Assembly: GCF_006345805.1 (NCBI RefSeq)
Contig: NW_021835991.1
Location: 248,001 to 312,000, forward strand
From: Octopus sinensis
Lineage: Eukaryota
Length of the DNA stretch: 64,000 nucleotides
Reading direction: 5' to 3'
A program made the position numbers and the translations under genes. Below are positions 48,880-61,192 of the stretch, piece by piece; the first letter of the stretch is position 1, and each line of letters starts with the position of its first letter. The notes below the pieces were generated by a model. The model saw nothing but the letters and a program-made list of their open reading frames with translations, was not told the origin of the DNA and did no database searches.

Positions 48880-50330
48880 AAAGACAAGATCTAAGATTTA
48901 ATGAATTGATCAAGGGATTGTGCATTTATTTAAATCGTTGTATAAAAAGGAATGACTAGAAATTTGAAGATGGGAACAAATATAGAAACATTGTCATTTA
49001 CAGACGAACTTACCAAATTTAAATTATGAATGCCCTACCTTTAATTATTGAGGCTTTGAATGAAGTCACAGTGAAAACTATCAAGTATTGCTTTAACAAG
49101 GCAATTACACTGAAACCTCTTGAATCCGCTTGTTTCTTGAATCCGCTTCTCAAGTATTGTGAAAAATAATTTTTTATTTAATTGCAAGTTGAATTAACAT
49201 TTTAAAAATTTGATTACACGTTAAATTGTATTTTTCTGATGCGTCTTTGTGTTAGACTTTCTATCAACGAAAAAATTTCTATACTACGTTATATTTTTGA
49301 CAACCCATTTGTTTCTGCATCTCAAATTTCCAAGATTTTTTCTCCACGATTAAAAAGAAAATTTCTCCGAGAACTATAAACGACCTAAAATCAAAATCGG
49401 ATTTTTTGAATAGGACTGATATTAAAAAATTAAACATAACGATAATTCCAATACTCAAATTTAATGAAATTGATGTAGCGATGATAAAATGGATTGACTA
49501 ATGGAATATAGTGGAGCAATTCTATCAGATTCGATTTTGATTGCAAAAGCTCTCAAATTTGGGAAAAAAATCATCCAGAATTTAAAGCAAGTTGTGTTAA
49601 GAAAATTCACGGAGACAGTGGATCAGTAAATCATGATGAAAAATCTATTGCTGATTTTAATGAAACAATCAGTTTAAAAATTGAACAATATGGATTAGAC
49701 AATGTTTATAATGCAGATGAAACTGGTGTTGTTTACAAGGCGATTCCTTCTAAAAGTGTGTGCACTAAATCAAGGCCTGAATATTTTCTTTATTATTATG
49801 CGCAAATTGTTCTGGTTCCGATAAAAGAAGGCCTGCAATGATAGGAAGATAAAAAAGTCCAAGATGTTTTAAGAATTTCAACATTGGAAAAAATGTTACC
49901 TACACCCATACCAATAAAGCATGGATGATTTTTTGTTCGGTCACAAAATCGGCGGATTCGAGAGGTTTTACTGTATCGAAAATTGATTAAAAATACTCGA
50001 AGAATCCACTGACGAAAAAGGCATTAAATTTGAATACTTTACAATTAAAAATAAAAAAAGTAAAATTACGAAGAGTTTCCTGTCTGTGCATTCGTCGTCT
50101 GCAAAAAAACTCTTGATCAATACAATTTGAAGAAGAAATTGAGGATTAAGAAATAGATAACACAAACGACAAAAGAAGCACTTAAATATTTGGAAAATAT
50201 TGATAAATATTTTTTGCAAGAATCTGGTGAACATATTCCCCTGATTACAAATTTGAGGAATATATCAGCGAAAAGTACAAAGAAGAAACCAAAAATGAAC
50301 GATTACATGACAGATTTTTAATTAAATTTT
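48880..50330 (+). mobile_element. pogo/Tigger transposase pseudogene fragments
   Basis: NVYNADETG, LLCANCSGSDKRRPAMIG, NKAWM, EALNEVTVKTIKYCF. Confidence 0.8.
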
Positions 50331-51254
50331 TTTCTTTAAATTTATTTAACGAATGCTCAATTCTTATTTTCTTTAAATTAATATTTTTTTGACAAGCTCT
50401 TCATGATGCTATCATCAATGTCAAATAGAATTAGTTGTGATTAGCTTAGATTCTACGAATTTTCATAAAATGAAAAAAATTGAATACAGATTAAATCTTA
50501 ACATTTGTAGTTAGTATTTTTGCTATAAAATACATGAAGGTATTTCTAGTAGTTTACATAAATCACGACAGCTGATATCAAAGGTTATTTGTTAGTTAGT
50601 AGTCTCGAACTTCCTGACATACAGAAAGCCGGCTGTTATTAAGCGGCACAGAGCTTTGCCCGTCGCTCCGATAGATTTCGAAACCTGCGCGTGGTAACGA
50701 CATTGCTGGTAGTCAAGACAGGAGAACAAGTGATGGACAGAAATCGGATTGGAGTTATATATGTGGATGAACTTTTTTTAAATTTTTTCCCCATGTAATC
50801 GGGTATAGGGCAAGGATGATGTTTCCAGGAAAGTCTCTCGAGAATCACAAGTTCCTAAAAAGTTTAAAAATGCCCAAAGTCAACATAGATGATTTTAATG
50901 AATTGTTAATGATTTTATAATAATTTTTCTATTATTAATAAAAAGTTAGTGAATTAATATTAGTTAATATACAACGTGTATACCAGAATGTTTCCTGTTC
51001 TTGTGTGGCTTTTTATTCTTATTTTCCGTTATTAAAATCAACGTTTAATTTTGGTTTGTATGATTTATATTCTCGATATTTTTTTAAGATTATGTTTATC
51101 TATGCATTTTATTAAAACTTAAATACATTGTTCATTTGAAAAATATTTTAAACAAGAAATTTTTCAAGTTGATTATTATTCGACTAAACAATGATTTAAT
51201 TTTTATTAATACTGCTTTTAATTTTTTGTATTCCTCTTATATTTTAGTTCTATT

Positions 51255-53460
51255 TTAATATCTACAGTATGGTTCAAAAATATTACACCCATATGCAGTA
51301 TACTTCGCATTTAAGTCTCCAACAAGAATTGGATTTTCATTTCCTTCCATAAAATTTTTGACAATCGACGAATAATCTTTTAACCTTTTGGAGTATATAC
51401 CTCCAACGGTTATCCATCCCATAGAAGTTTTTAAATCAATGGATGCTAATTCACATACAGTAAAACCTCTGGTGCTCGCCATTTTCGGGACCGAAGAAAA
51501 AATGGCGAGCAATAGAATTTGGCGAGTAATGGAAATAATCAATAAATTTTTTGAATTTGAAATTTTGAAAACATCTCGGTTTTCGATACTTTCCGATCAT
51601 AAGTGAGCCTTCCAAGTCATATTTGAGCAAAGAAACAGAGAGAATCGAAAGAAATTAAAAAGAAAAAATTAACTAAAATAATCTTTAATAGTTTTTTTTA
51701 ATTCAGCCATATTTCAAATAACGGTGTCGGTTTCTAAAGAATCTCAAGCAATATTAAGGTAATCTTCAATTTCATCTATTTCGGTAAATTCATGATTAAT
51801 AAAATCATCTTTATCCATAGGGTCCAATATTTTCAAGATATTTACCATTTGATCATAATTATCAATTTCAACAGTTGGTCTTTCGAGTTGATTTTCACAT
51901 TCGATCCATTTTGAATGTCCGAAACAATTTGTAATTGTTTTGGTCGTTACTTTTTTCCAGGCAAAATATGTAAAAAGAAGACCGTCTTTTAAGGTTAAGT
52001 TTTTTGAGCTTCCAGTGGATTTTCTCGGTGTCAATAACAGAATAAGTTAAGTAAGATAATCTCTCCTTATTAGAGAAAATAGGATCAGTAGACATGAGAG
52101 ATATTTTTTTCTTCAAAACAGAAGAAAAAATGTAAGCTATACGGTCCATTGTGAGACTTTTTTCTCCTCCGTGTACGCAATAATGCGACGTTTTTCATCA
52201 AAAGACAATCTTGTGCACTTACGCATGTTGAATTTAGCGTGGTTGAAATATTATATAGAAAAAATAGTTTAACCAAAAAAAAAATTTTTAAAAATTAATG
52301 GCGAGATTTAGAAAATGGCGAGCAGTAGAATATTTATCAAAATTTACTAGAAATTTTTAATTTTTTGAAAAATATGTGGCGAGCAATAGAGGTGGCGAGT
52401 AACAGAGGTGGCGAGCACCAGAGGTTTTACTGTACATTCTGTTCAATTATTCTTGGATTCCGAGTGTCGATAGACTTTTTTGTAAAATATTGATGTTCCT
52501 GTGCCGGCGTTAGCACCAGGATGCCAAGGAATATTAATCGAGCTGTATCCAGGAATAGTGATACTTCCAGACTTCTTCATTTTCGTCTCGTTAATGATAA
52601 ATACATCCATCTGAACTGTGCTGATAAGAGCTATCAGCTCTGCTGCCGCTTTCGAAGAGAGCGGGCATTAACCAGGGTAATCCTGGTCACGTTTGATTTA
52701 TTTGGTGGCTGCTTCCCTCTTTTAGGAGAGCCACCAAACCGAGTAAAAGCTTGGCATCTTTTTTAGTTCTGGTCACGTCCTTAATAGATCTTTCGAGCTC
52801 ACTAATTAAGTCAGCTCGAGGTCGACCCGTCATTGACCCAGCTCCTGAAGTCGACAAAGTCTGCACCGCCGAGTGAGATATAGTCGTTTCCTCTGTCTGT
52901 GTTCCAACTTCAACTGTTTTCCTAACTCTTGGAACGTTCCATCTCGCCCATGGCTTCAAAGGTAAATTTTTTATGTCTGTTTGGTTGATTTTAGCATTCT
53001 CCGAAGCTTCTTTTAACAGTTTCTGAACCAGAATTTTATCATTTTTCAGCTTTGAAGCTTCTTTAGCTTTCTCACAGCCCCGATAATTTGCCAAGTGGCT
53101 CGAAGAACCGCAGTTGACACATTTTTTCATGTTAGAGTCCTTGCAATCTGTTCCAGCATGTGTACCCGAACAAAATAGATATTTCTCCTGATTTTTACAG
53201 AAGCGTGCTATGTGGCCAAACCCTTGGCATCGATAGCACTGGCCTTACATTCGAAAAGCCACTCCAAACTAACCCCAGAGCTGGAGGGATCGGTACGATC
53301 CATTGAAAAACTGTTGCATCACTTAAATAAATAGTGGTGCCAGGGTTCGTTATTTTTATCGAAGGGACATCTGGTGTCCCATTAGAGTTGACCCCAATCA
53401 GCAAACAAACTTGGTTCTTCCGTCTCCTTGGTTTCGTTTGGCTCTTCTCTCCCCCTCTTA
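51255..53460 (-). mobile_element. Jockey/I-like LINE ORF1 (zinc knuckles) plus APE endonuclease fragment, interrupted by a pogo derivative
   Basis: CYRCQGFGHIARFC, CVNCGSSSHLANYRGC; ILVGDLNAK. Confidence 0.8.
51458..52432 (-). mobile_element. Non-autonomous pogo element with TIRs and TA TSD
   Basis: CAGTAAAACCTCTGGTGCTCGCC at both ends, TA at 51456-7 and 52433-4, GGCGAG subterminal repeats, transposase C-terminal remnant. Confidence 0.9.
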
Positions 53461-53707
53461 ATCTAGTGACGAGTTTGTTACATAGAAAATAAACAATTCA
53501 ATAGTCAAAAATATTACACCCTTTGACTTTTTGACAAAAAATCAATTTTCTATACTAATAATTGATTAAACTATTTTTATGCAATTTAGTTCTTATTAAA
53601 GTTGATTTACTAATTTTTATTTTTTTAAACCAAAATCAATTTATTTTATATCTGTTAGTAAAAACATGAAAAATTGCCGCCTCATAAATAGTACATCATT
53701 TAAAAAG

Positions 53708-54005
53708 TCAGAATTTGGTGTGCCCTCCTTTATTTTTGATGACTGCTTTTAGTCTCGAGGTCATTGATTCCACCAATTTGATACATATTTCCTTTGGAAT
53801 TTTTTTCCATTCTTCAATAATTAAATTTTCTAGATTTTTTGTATTTGTGACGTCAAATGTTTCAATTTTTCTTTTTAAATAGCACCACAGGTGTTCAATT
53901 GAATTTAAATCTGGCGACATGCTCGGCCAGTCCATTTGCAAGATTTTTTTCAGTCAAAAAACTTTTAGTTTTCTTTGCAGTATGCTTCGGATCGTTATCT
54001 TGTTG
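53708..54005 (-). mobile_element. Tc1 transposase 3' fragment
   Basis: QQDNDPKHTAK...DWPSMSPDLNSIEHLW...KNKGGHTKF*. Confidence 0.92.
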
Positions 54006-54372
54006 GCAGAGCTCTTTTGACCTCATCTCGGAAGGTCGGTACAAATAAACCCTGGATCAAGAGGGAACGCTCCTCAGACGTCTTCAGTACCGTCCCCAGA
54101 GTTATTATTCTTGACAAGACTGCGTTCCCCCCGTTATAAAAGCCAACAGTACAGAACCTTAGTACAGACACTGGGTCATAAGGGTTTGATCCCAACATCT
54201 TATCAAGAAGACAACACAACTTATCCAATGGTTGCTCCTCTACGTACTTTAAGGAGAATTTAGCGACAAGGTTTTGGTCGGGGTTAAATGACGGTGACAG
54301 ACGCGTTATTGCTGAGTTGTATCTCTCGATTAAGGCCTCTGGGTTCCTCGATTTTGCTTGACTATATCGGAT
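54004..54372 (-). other. Endogenous rhabdovirus-like nucleoprotein (N) fragment, about 123 codons, stop-free
   Basis: LCCLLDKML...SVLRFCTVG...AVLS...LFVPTFRDEVKRALP aligns by eye, with matching spacing, to the recalled rhabdovirus N core (rabies YDMFF...SAIRVGTV...FFHKNFEEEIRRMFEP; VSV AAVDMFF...ASFRYGTIV...VADEMVQMMLP). Confidence 0.75.
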
Positions 54373-54860
54373 CGGGAAGAGTACCCGCATAAGCTCCACT
54401 CGTTTCGCATTTTTTAGTCACTAGACAGGCACATCTGTGTTGGTTTGATTGGTTCAGAAGCCTCTCGTATTTATCCTCGCAGATGGTCCTGTAACGGTAT
54501 TTCTCTTCAGGGATCATCCCCTTCAAATGCTCCATGTCTGTGATTTCAGATGATTCCTTTGGAGTTGGAGAATCATCCTGATCAGCAGTCGGCTGGAGTT
54601 CAAAGCGGATAGATATGCGGGGCAAGCTAGATCTTTCGGTGAAGGGAATCCCAGTCCGCTCAGGTTAACGGGTAGGGTCGCTTGTCCCACCCTTGGTCGT
54701 TAAATTTCACATTTGTGATACGTTCAATGATGGTCCGTAAGAGATAATCAATATCGTCGAGCTGTTGCATTTCCAGGTAGCAGAGTGTGCCCCGAATAAC
54801 CTGATTCAGTTTTTCTGCTGATAAGGCGTTTCTTAGCAGGAAGCGTTCCAAGAGAAGAAG
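54365..54860 (-). mobile_element. CRE-clade retrotransposon internal fragment (RT thumb/linker)
   Basis: FLLRNALS..KLN..IRGT..Y...GWD(Q)ATLP..LSGLG...PAYLSA...SNQHRCACL...SGAY, collinear with the 39104-40395 copy. Confidence 0.85.
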
Positions 54861-55299
54861 ATAGAACTTCCAATCGCCAAAATATTCGTATGTTTCAATT
54901 ATTTTTTTTGTATTTGCGATATCTTGTTTTTTTAGTTTCGATGTATTTTGACGCAAAATTTTTTATATGCAACATTGACTTTCGTAATTACAAATTAGAA
55001 GTTTTTACGTGGAAATTTGATTTTTGTGGTTGTAGTTAAAGTTTGTAATAGACAAATTGACTTGAAAATCGTATAGCTGACCAATCAGTAGTAGATGAGA
55101 GACATAAAGAGCAATGTGTTACATTCGGTGGCCTAGACTTATTCTCTGAGAAGAGTCCTTGTGTATATGGATAATTCATTTAACATTGTTAAAAAGTCCA
55201 TTTGAGATAGTTAAAGTTTTCTTCTTATATCACTTGACTGAGTTTACAGCTATAAGGAGTACTTTGCATTCAGATTTCCAAAATGACTTCATCAATGCA

Positions 55300-55490
55300 A
55301 ATCCGAAACACCTACAGATGCACATAGTTTTTGACTTAGTTTGATGACGATTCTTCAATTAAAATATTTCTAACAGAATTTCCAGGTAAGCTCAAACTAT
55401 GGATCAGCAACTTCCTAAGTGGACGAAGGTATAGGGTATACCTCAGAGGACTGAAGTCAGGTCTTCTGCCTAATGGAGTACCTTCGGGTT
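55300..55490 (+). mobile_element. CR1-like LINE RT fragment
   Basis: GKLKLWISNFLSGRRYRV...GVPSG. Confidence 0.65.
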
Positions 55491-55729
55491 GCTCCTTAAA
55501 TATTTGAATTGAATTAACTATTTATATCTAACCTATTTTTTATCGATGAAAAAATACCAAAGATCCTGGCCGTCATTAGAATAACTTGTATAATACATTT
55601 CTTTTAATTAATTTTCTTTCTTTCTTATCTTTTGTCCATGAAATATTTATTTATTTTAATAATATGATGTCCCTGATGAACGAGAGCATTTCCTGTCCAA
55701 GAACTCATTCGGTCTCGATGACAATGGGC

Positions 55730-55872
55730 AGCTTATGCGGTCACTTTTAATAATTAAAAAAAATTACTATATTAATAACGAAAAAATAATGCAGAAAATG
55801 TGCGGCCGTGGAAGAGAAGGAAAAAAACATGCTATGCGGCCGCAAACCCAAAAAGCTTGCGCACCCCTGATC
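55730..55872. mobile_element. hAT-type terminal fragment
   Basis: Repeated GCGGCCG subterminal motifs ending TGCGCACCCCTG (reverse complement CAGGGGTGCGCA). Confidence 0.5.
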
Positions 55873-55989
55873 TAGACATTTTAGGACTCATGTTCACAAA
55901 ATATATCATTCAAATGCTAAAAATAAAAATCAACGATGGATAATTTCATAAAATATTATTGGCTTATCAAAAATCTAATTTTGTAGCAA

Positions 55990-56910
55990 AAATTTACGGC
56001 CAGAATGCACTTCGGGATAATCTAGCTCTGATTGATCAACATAATTTAGAGTTCGAAAAATACCACCTTTTATAAACTGGGAATCAATTCGTTTGCAGAC
56101 ATGGTCTCATCTCATTTTTATTGATAAAATCATCAGACAAACGAAGAATTCTCACAGTTACATAATTTGGGGCAATATGACGCAATCGTTATAAAAAATA
56201 TTCAAAATATTTTTCAGAAACTGAACTCGATTCTCAAAAATATGATTTTCCATATCTTTTGATTGGGGAGATCAAAATGTAGTCACAAAAGTCAAATAGA
56301 TAAAACTGCTGGGTATCCTTACAAAGGAAAGGTTACAGAATTCAAATTTATTGTAGAAAAAAACATGTCAATACAAGAACAATCCAGTTAGAGTCTTAAA
56401 ATATGTTAATTGACATATTAATTTTTTTTAGTTTAGGCAAAAGTGATAAAAGATTAATCGAAGGGAGGGCCAGCAGCCTGGCGGATCGCCAAACTGTTCC
56501 CCCGGATAACGGCGATCGAAAACCGCTGAAAAAGCCAGTCCATTGACAGCCATTGACATAATATTTCTGAATTAACAGTATTAAAAACGTTAATGGAAAT
56601 TGGTCCCTTCACAGTTCTTATCGACTCATCATCTATTAGTTTTCAATTGTATCGTGAAGGTTATTAACATTTGTACAGGTCAATAGGTGTCCATGGTAAT
56701 GCCCATTGTGGCACAGAATTAAATTATGCAGTTACTCTTGTTGGATATGGGGTAGAAAAAGGCAACGAATATTGCCTCATTAAAAACAGATGCCGGATTT
56801 AAACATAAAAAACAGTTGGGGTCGACGCTGGCGAATTGCTGGCTTTGAAAAAATAGCACGAAACAAAAATAACATGTGCGGACTTGGATTTGAAATTTAT
56901 TATCCAGTTT
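55990..56910 (+). pseudogene. Cathepsin L-like (C1A) pseudogene
   Basis: I29-like DNLALIDQHN...YKLGINSFAD; C-terminus LNYAVTLVGYG (catalytic His replaced by Tyr), NSWG, NNMCGL; frameshifts and a CRE insert. Confidence 0.75.
56445..56545 (-). mobile_element. Ultra-short CRE 3' terminus inside the cathepsin pseudogene
   Basis: LFQRFSIAVIRGNSLAIRQAAGPPFD*. Confidence 0.85.
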
Positions 56911-57499
56911 ATCCAAACTTTTATTTTCTTTACCGTCTTCTCTCTGCTATTAGTGCGAAAAACTGCTATCTCCCCCTGATGCCAACTTTTCCCTTTTGTT
57001 GACAGTGATTTTAATTCTTTTTTCTCATTTTTCAGGGGAGACCAATTAATTTTAAATATTGATTATATAAAAAAAAGTTTAACAAGTTTATCCAGAGAAA
57101 AAAGGAGATATTACGCACATTAAATTTATAACAGAGTATATAACAAAAAAAAGTATATAAAAAAAATATAATAAAATATAAGATCAAAAATGATAAATAA
57201 TTGTTAATTATGTTTTGAATTGATATAAAAACGCCTTCAAAGCAATCTTTAGGCAAAAAAAGCTTTAAATAGCCAATAAACATAAGAACAGTAAATAAAA
57301 AATAGCAAATCACAAAAAATGATTAAAATTAAATAAAATTTGATCTAATTAATTGCTTTTTGATTTAATGTAATAGAAAAAAATGTAAAATAAAATTTAA
57401 AACAATTTAAGTAAAAAAATTAACATGAGATTTGCTATCATTATAAAAAAGACTGAAAACAATAAATTTTCTTTCGCAATTTCCGATACCGAACTGAGG

Positions 57500-57860
57500 A
57501 ATCTTGACTCATGGTGTACACAGGCATCAGAAAATCAACAACGCATCTCTCTACAGGCTCAGCAATTCGGCGCCAATCAGTCATGACATCATAGACGGCC
57601 GCTGGAGAGTATTTGGGCACATCCTAAAATGGACCAAACTGCACCTGCCTACCAGGCCATGGAAGAATACTTCCTGTCAGATTGACTAGAATTTCGCGGA
57701 CGGCCCCGAACAACAGTGCCGCCTGTTCTGCAACACGACCTAGTTTGCGAGGGAAATCCCTAAACAACTGCGATGAATTGGACAAACTCTGCAGGTGGGC
57801 CTAAAACCGCAGAAGGTGGAAAACGATGGTTAAGAAGTCGTATCGTATGTGACACGCAGA
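57500..57860 (+). mobile_element. RTE-clade LINE 3' fragment
   Basis: INNASLYRLSNSAPISHDIIDGRWRVFGHIL; homologous to 20925-21355. Confidence 0.85.
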
Positions 57861-58309
57861 GAACATGACTTATTCTGTTCATTTTCTACGAGAAGTGCTA
57901 TAATAATACTTCTTTAAGCTTAACTAATTATTTCATGGCTAATTGGTGACCTTAGAAAGTGTTTGCATAAAATTCCATCTTGGAATGTGGCAGAGTGGGT
58001 TTAATACAGTAAAAGACTATGAAGATGTTATTTATCAATAAACAAGAAAACAAATAAAATGAAGGATTATTGTCATTTTTTAAGAGACGTACACCATTAA
58101 AAGAAATGGCTCCTAATGATGAAAATTGGTACTGGAATTCATTGATATTAAAAATTTTAAAGAGTCTGTTTCATTCTCAAAACAATTATATAAGAATTCG
58201 TGACATTCAATTGAGTGGAATCCTAATAGATTATCAAAACGTTCTCCAACAAGTTCATTAAAAGTAAATAAGTTATTAATAAAAATCGACCATGTTCATA
58301 TTCTATTTT

Positions 58310-59420
58310 TGTTGTTGTTGCGTAACTCCGATCTCACATCAAGTTATGAGACCAGCAGATTGCAGAAATAACAGCGCCCTCCCAGATTGCTCCTATAGGA
58401 CCTCCGGGGAGTGAATGGCAAATTTTGTGCGGAGCGAAAGAAGACCAGGACAGCGGAATAGATGGGCAGTTGTGTGCTTGTCAGCACAGCAAATGGGACA
58501 AAAGGGGGAGATCGAGATGTCCATTTTATGAGGAGTGATGACCAGAACGGAAACGAGCCAAGTTTGTCTGGCCCGAACGGCTGAAAAGCAATTCAGAAGG
58601 GTGAACGTCAGGAGGAGATTTATTGAGTACAGAGTTAGGCGTCAGCTTAAGAATTGCTGACGTAGATATCGAATCGTGAATTCTCTTCATTGGATATGGA
58701 CATTGGTGCAGGCCATCAATTTTAGCAAGGATCCGGGAATATAGATTCGCCGGCGTGTTCTTCACTGAACGAGAATTTCCGTTTAGCACATGTAAGGCAG
58801 AGCAAGGATGATAGGGAATTCGAGATCCAAATAAAAATTGCGCTCCTCTCATATTTAGATGATCATCAATTGGATTTTCCTCGGGGGTTCACATAAGAGC
58901 TTCAATGAGAGTGAAGTTAGGAACAGCCCTAAGAAATCATCTCCATGGCATGAAAAATGATTTAGCTCTTCGATGTCCAAACATCAAAACCAGCTTGATC
59001 GGATATAGCCTGCAGTATTTTTCCATCTCGGTTTTCTTTCGACAGCCAAAAGATAGGCATTTATAATTTAGGTCTCCTGCAATCAGTGCAAATTGGTTGT
59101 TTTTGAAGAAATCACCACTTGAGTTTTTGTTTTCAGCTAATTTCTTAGAGTAAATTCGCCCAATCAGAATCCGGAATCTAGGAGGTGGATTGGAATCTGT
59201 AGTTTTATTATTCTTCATTGAGGGACAGCCCCTATATTTAGCCCGGTGTTCTAATGATTCACAATTGATGCATAGTTTCGTGCTTCCTCTCGAATTTGGG
59301 GATTCTTTCCTATCATGAAGACCGTCACAAGTAAAGCATCCTATTTATGCTTTGAAAAACGTGCTATACGCCCATAGGCTTGACATTTTTAACAACGAGT
59401 CTCATGCTTACAGAGCAATG
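58310..59420 (-). mobile_element. Internally deleted Jockey/I-like LINE (gag knuckle, APE piece, 3' end with (CAA)n tail)
   Basis: CINCESLEHRAKYRGC; LIAGDLN; LARFRSGHH; CAACAACAAC tail near 58310. Confidence 0.75.
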
Positions 59421-60559
59421 CGTAGTCAATTTTTCTAAAGCCAACGTTTAGTCCTAGTCGGATTAATGAATTTGCCTCACGTATCAAGGATACTTAACTT
59501 TCATACTAGTAAGCTTTTTCCAGACTTCATGAAACGTTCCACTTTAAATCCCGGTGAGAGTATCGTTGGGAAGAACTTCTAGAGTTCTTCATTACTTGCC
59601 CAGTATGGAAAATTCCTTAGGAAGATCTCCGATGAACGTAACTCAACCTGCCGTATTTGATGGCACTCAGAGCCAAAAGTTTTAGCTCATCACCTCTATT
59701 TGGAAGTTTCTAGCCTCCACATGAGATCTGAACTCGAGTATAAATGAGCCATTCATTTTGGGTGAAATTCTAGCTTTTAGAGCAATTTAAATTGAGCATA
59801 GTATGTTGTATTTCTGTATTTCGCAAAGTATTTGGCTGTTTATTATCAGATTGAGAGATATAGTTTCACGGGGAGTATCAGTATCATTATTTTCAATGTT
59901 AAGATTATTTTGAATTTTTGACATCACAAGAACGATGTGCTAAAATAAGACTTTTTCTTTCACATTACAAAATTTTTGTGAAACTCCTGATGTGAAAACA
60001 TCCTTTCTTTGACATGAATCTTTATAAAATTTTTACTGTACTTATATTATGAAGATATCTAAAAAGCTACGTAGAGTCTTCTTTATTTATCTGAATTATT
60101 AATTTTTTATAAATATTGTTTTTTAAGTATTTTGTCAAGAAAATTCAAAAGAGAGTTCTCTGTAAAAATCTCGCTAAATTTCACGCTGTCTACTAGAGGT
60201 TTCAAGTCTCTGGGTATATCCTCCAGGTAGATTATAAACAAAATAGAAAACAAAAATTTCTTTGCGGTATGCTATGCGATGTGGAGAAAAACTGTGAAGT
60301 AGTTTTTCTCAGTGTTGTTGCTACTTGCCTGTTTTTCAAAAGTTTTTATATAATTCTGACGTTAATCAAATTTAAAAAATTGGTAGCTAAATGATTTTTT
60401 TATAAACTAAATAAAAGGTTTTTGTAATGTCTATTGAAAAGACCTCTATGCATTTTGCGTATTCTTCTCATAATGTCCATCCCCACTGTGTACTCGATAA
60501 CATCGGCAATATCTACTTTGGAAAAACCTACATTCATTCAGACACCCAGATTGTGCGCA

Positions 60560-61192
60560 TAGCCTTGTTTTGTACTGATTTAAGTGCCATTGTCGAGTTT
60601 ATGAATAGGCAGGGCGCCCAGCTTGGACTTGCATAACTTAATACGGGCGTATGTATTGTTTGTAAACTCGATTGAGAAGTGGCTTCTGGGCGTCTGTAAT
60701 GTGACCATTTATTGCTTTTAGTATGTTTGTGCGTCTGATTGCCTTATCAGAAATGTTAGAGACATGCTTGTTGAAGGACATAGTTGGATCAAAAGTAAGT
60801 CCGAGGATAGTAGGGTTTTTGCATAATGGTAGGTCAGAACCAAAGAGAGATAACTTTGGGTGAAGGTTTGATTGTCTTCTGTCGGAAGAAAATAAGGTGA
60901 CCGATGATTTCGAGTCTGTTCTCAATTAACCAATTCTCAACGGAGTATAGTAGTTGCTGGATGTTGAGAGAGGCTGATATGTATAATCTGCGTGTTTAGA
61001 AGCAATGATAATTTCATCTTCGTAAGATAATGTCAAGTTGTTTGGGTCATTAGCCGGAAAGTCATGTAAATATAAGTTAAATAGGGAAGGGGACAACACA
61101 GAGCTCTGCGGTATCCCACTTGGAAGATAACGTTGTTTTGAACATCTGTAATTCATATTTTGCAGTTGGAATATGTCTCCATAGTGACCCAT
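60560..61192 (-). mobile_element. Jockey/I-like LINE RT fragment
   Basis: GIPQSSVLSPSLFNLY...SYEDE...ILGLTFDPTMSF...YKQYIRP. Confidence 0.85.

Noticed and set aside
55990-56910. Functional cathepsin L gene
   Set aside because: Catalytic His replaced by Tyr, catalytic Cys region not found, frameshifts and a CRE insertion
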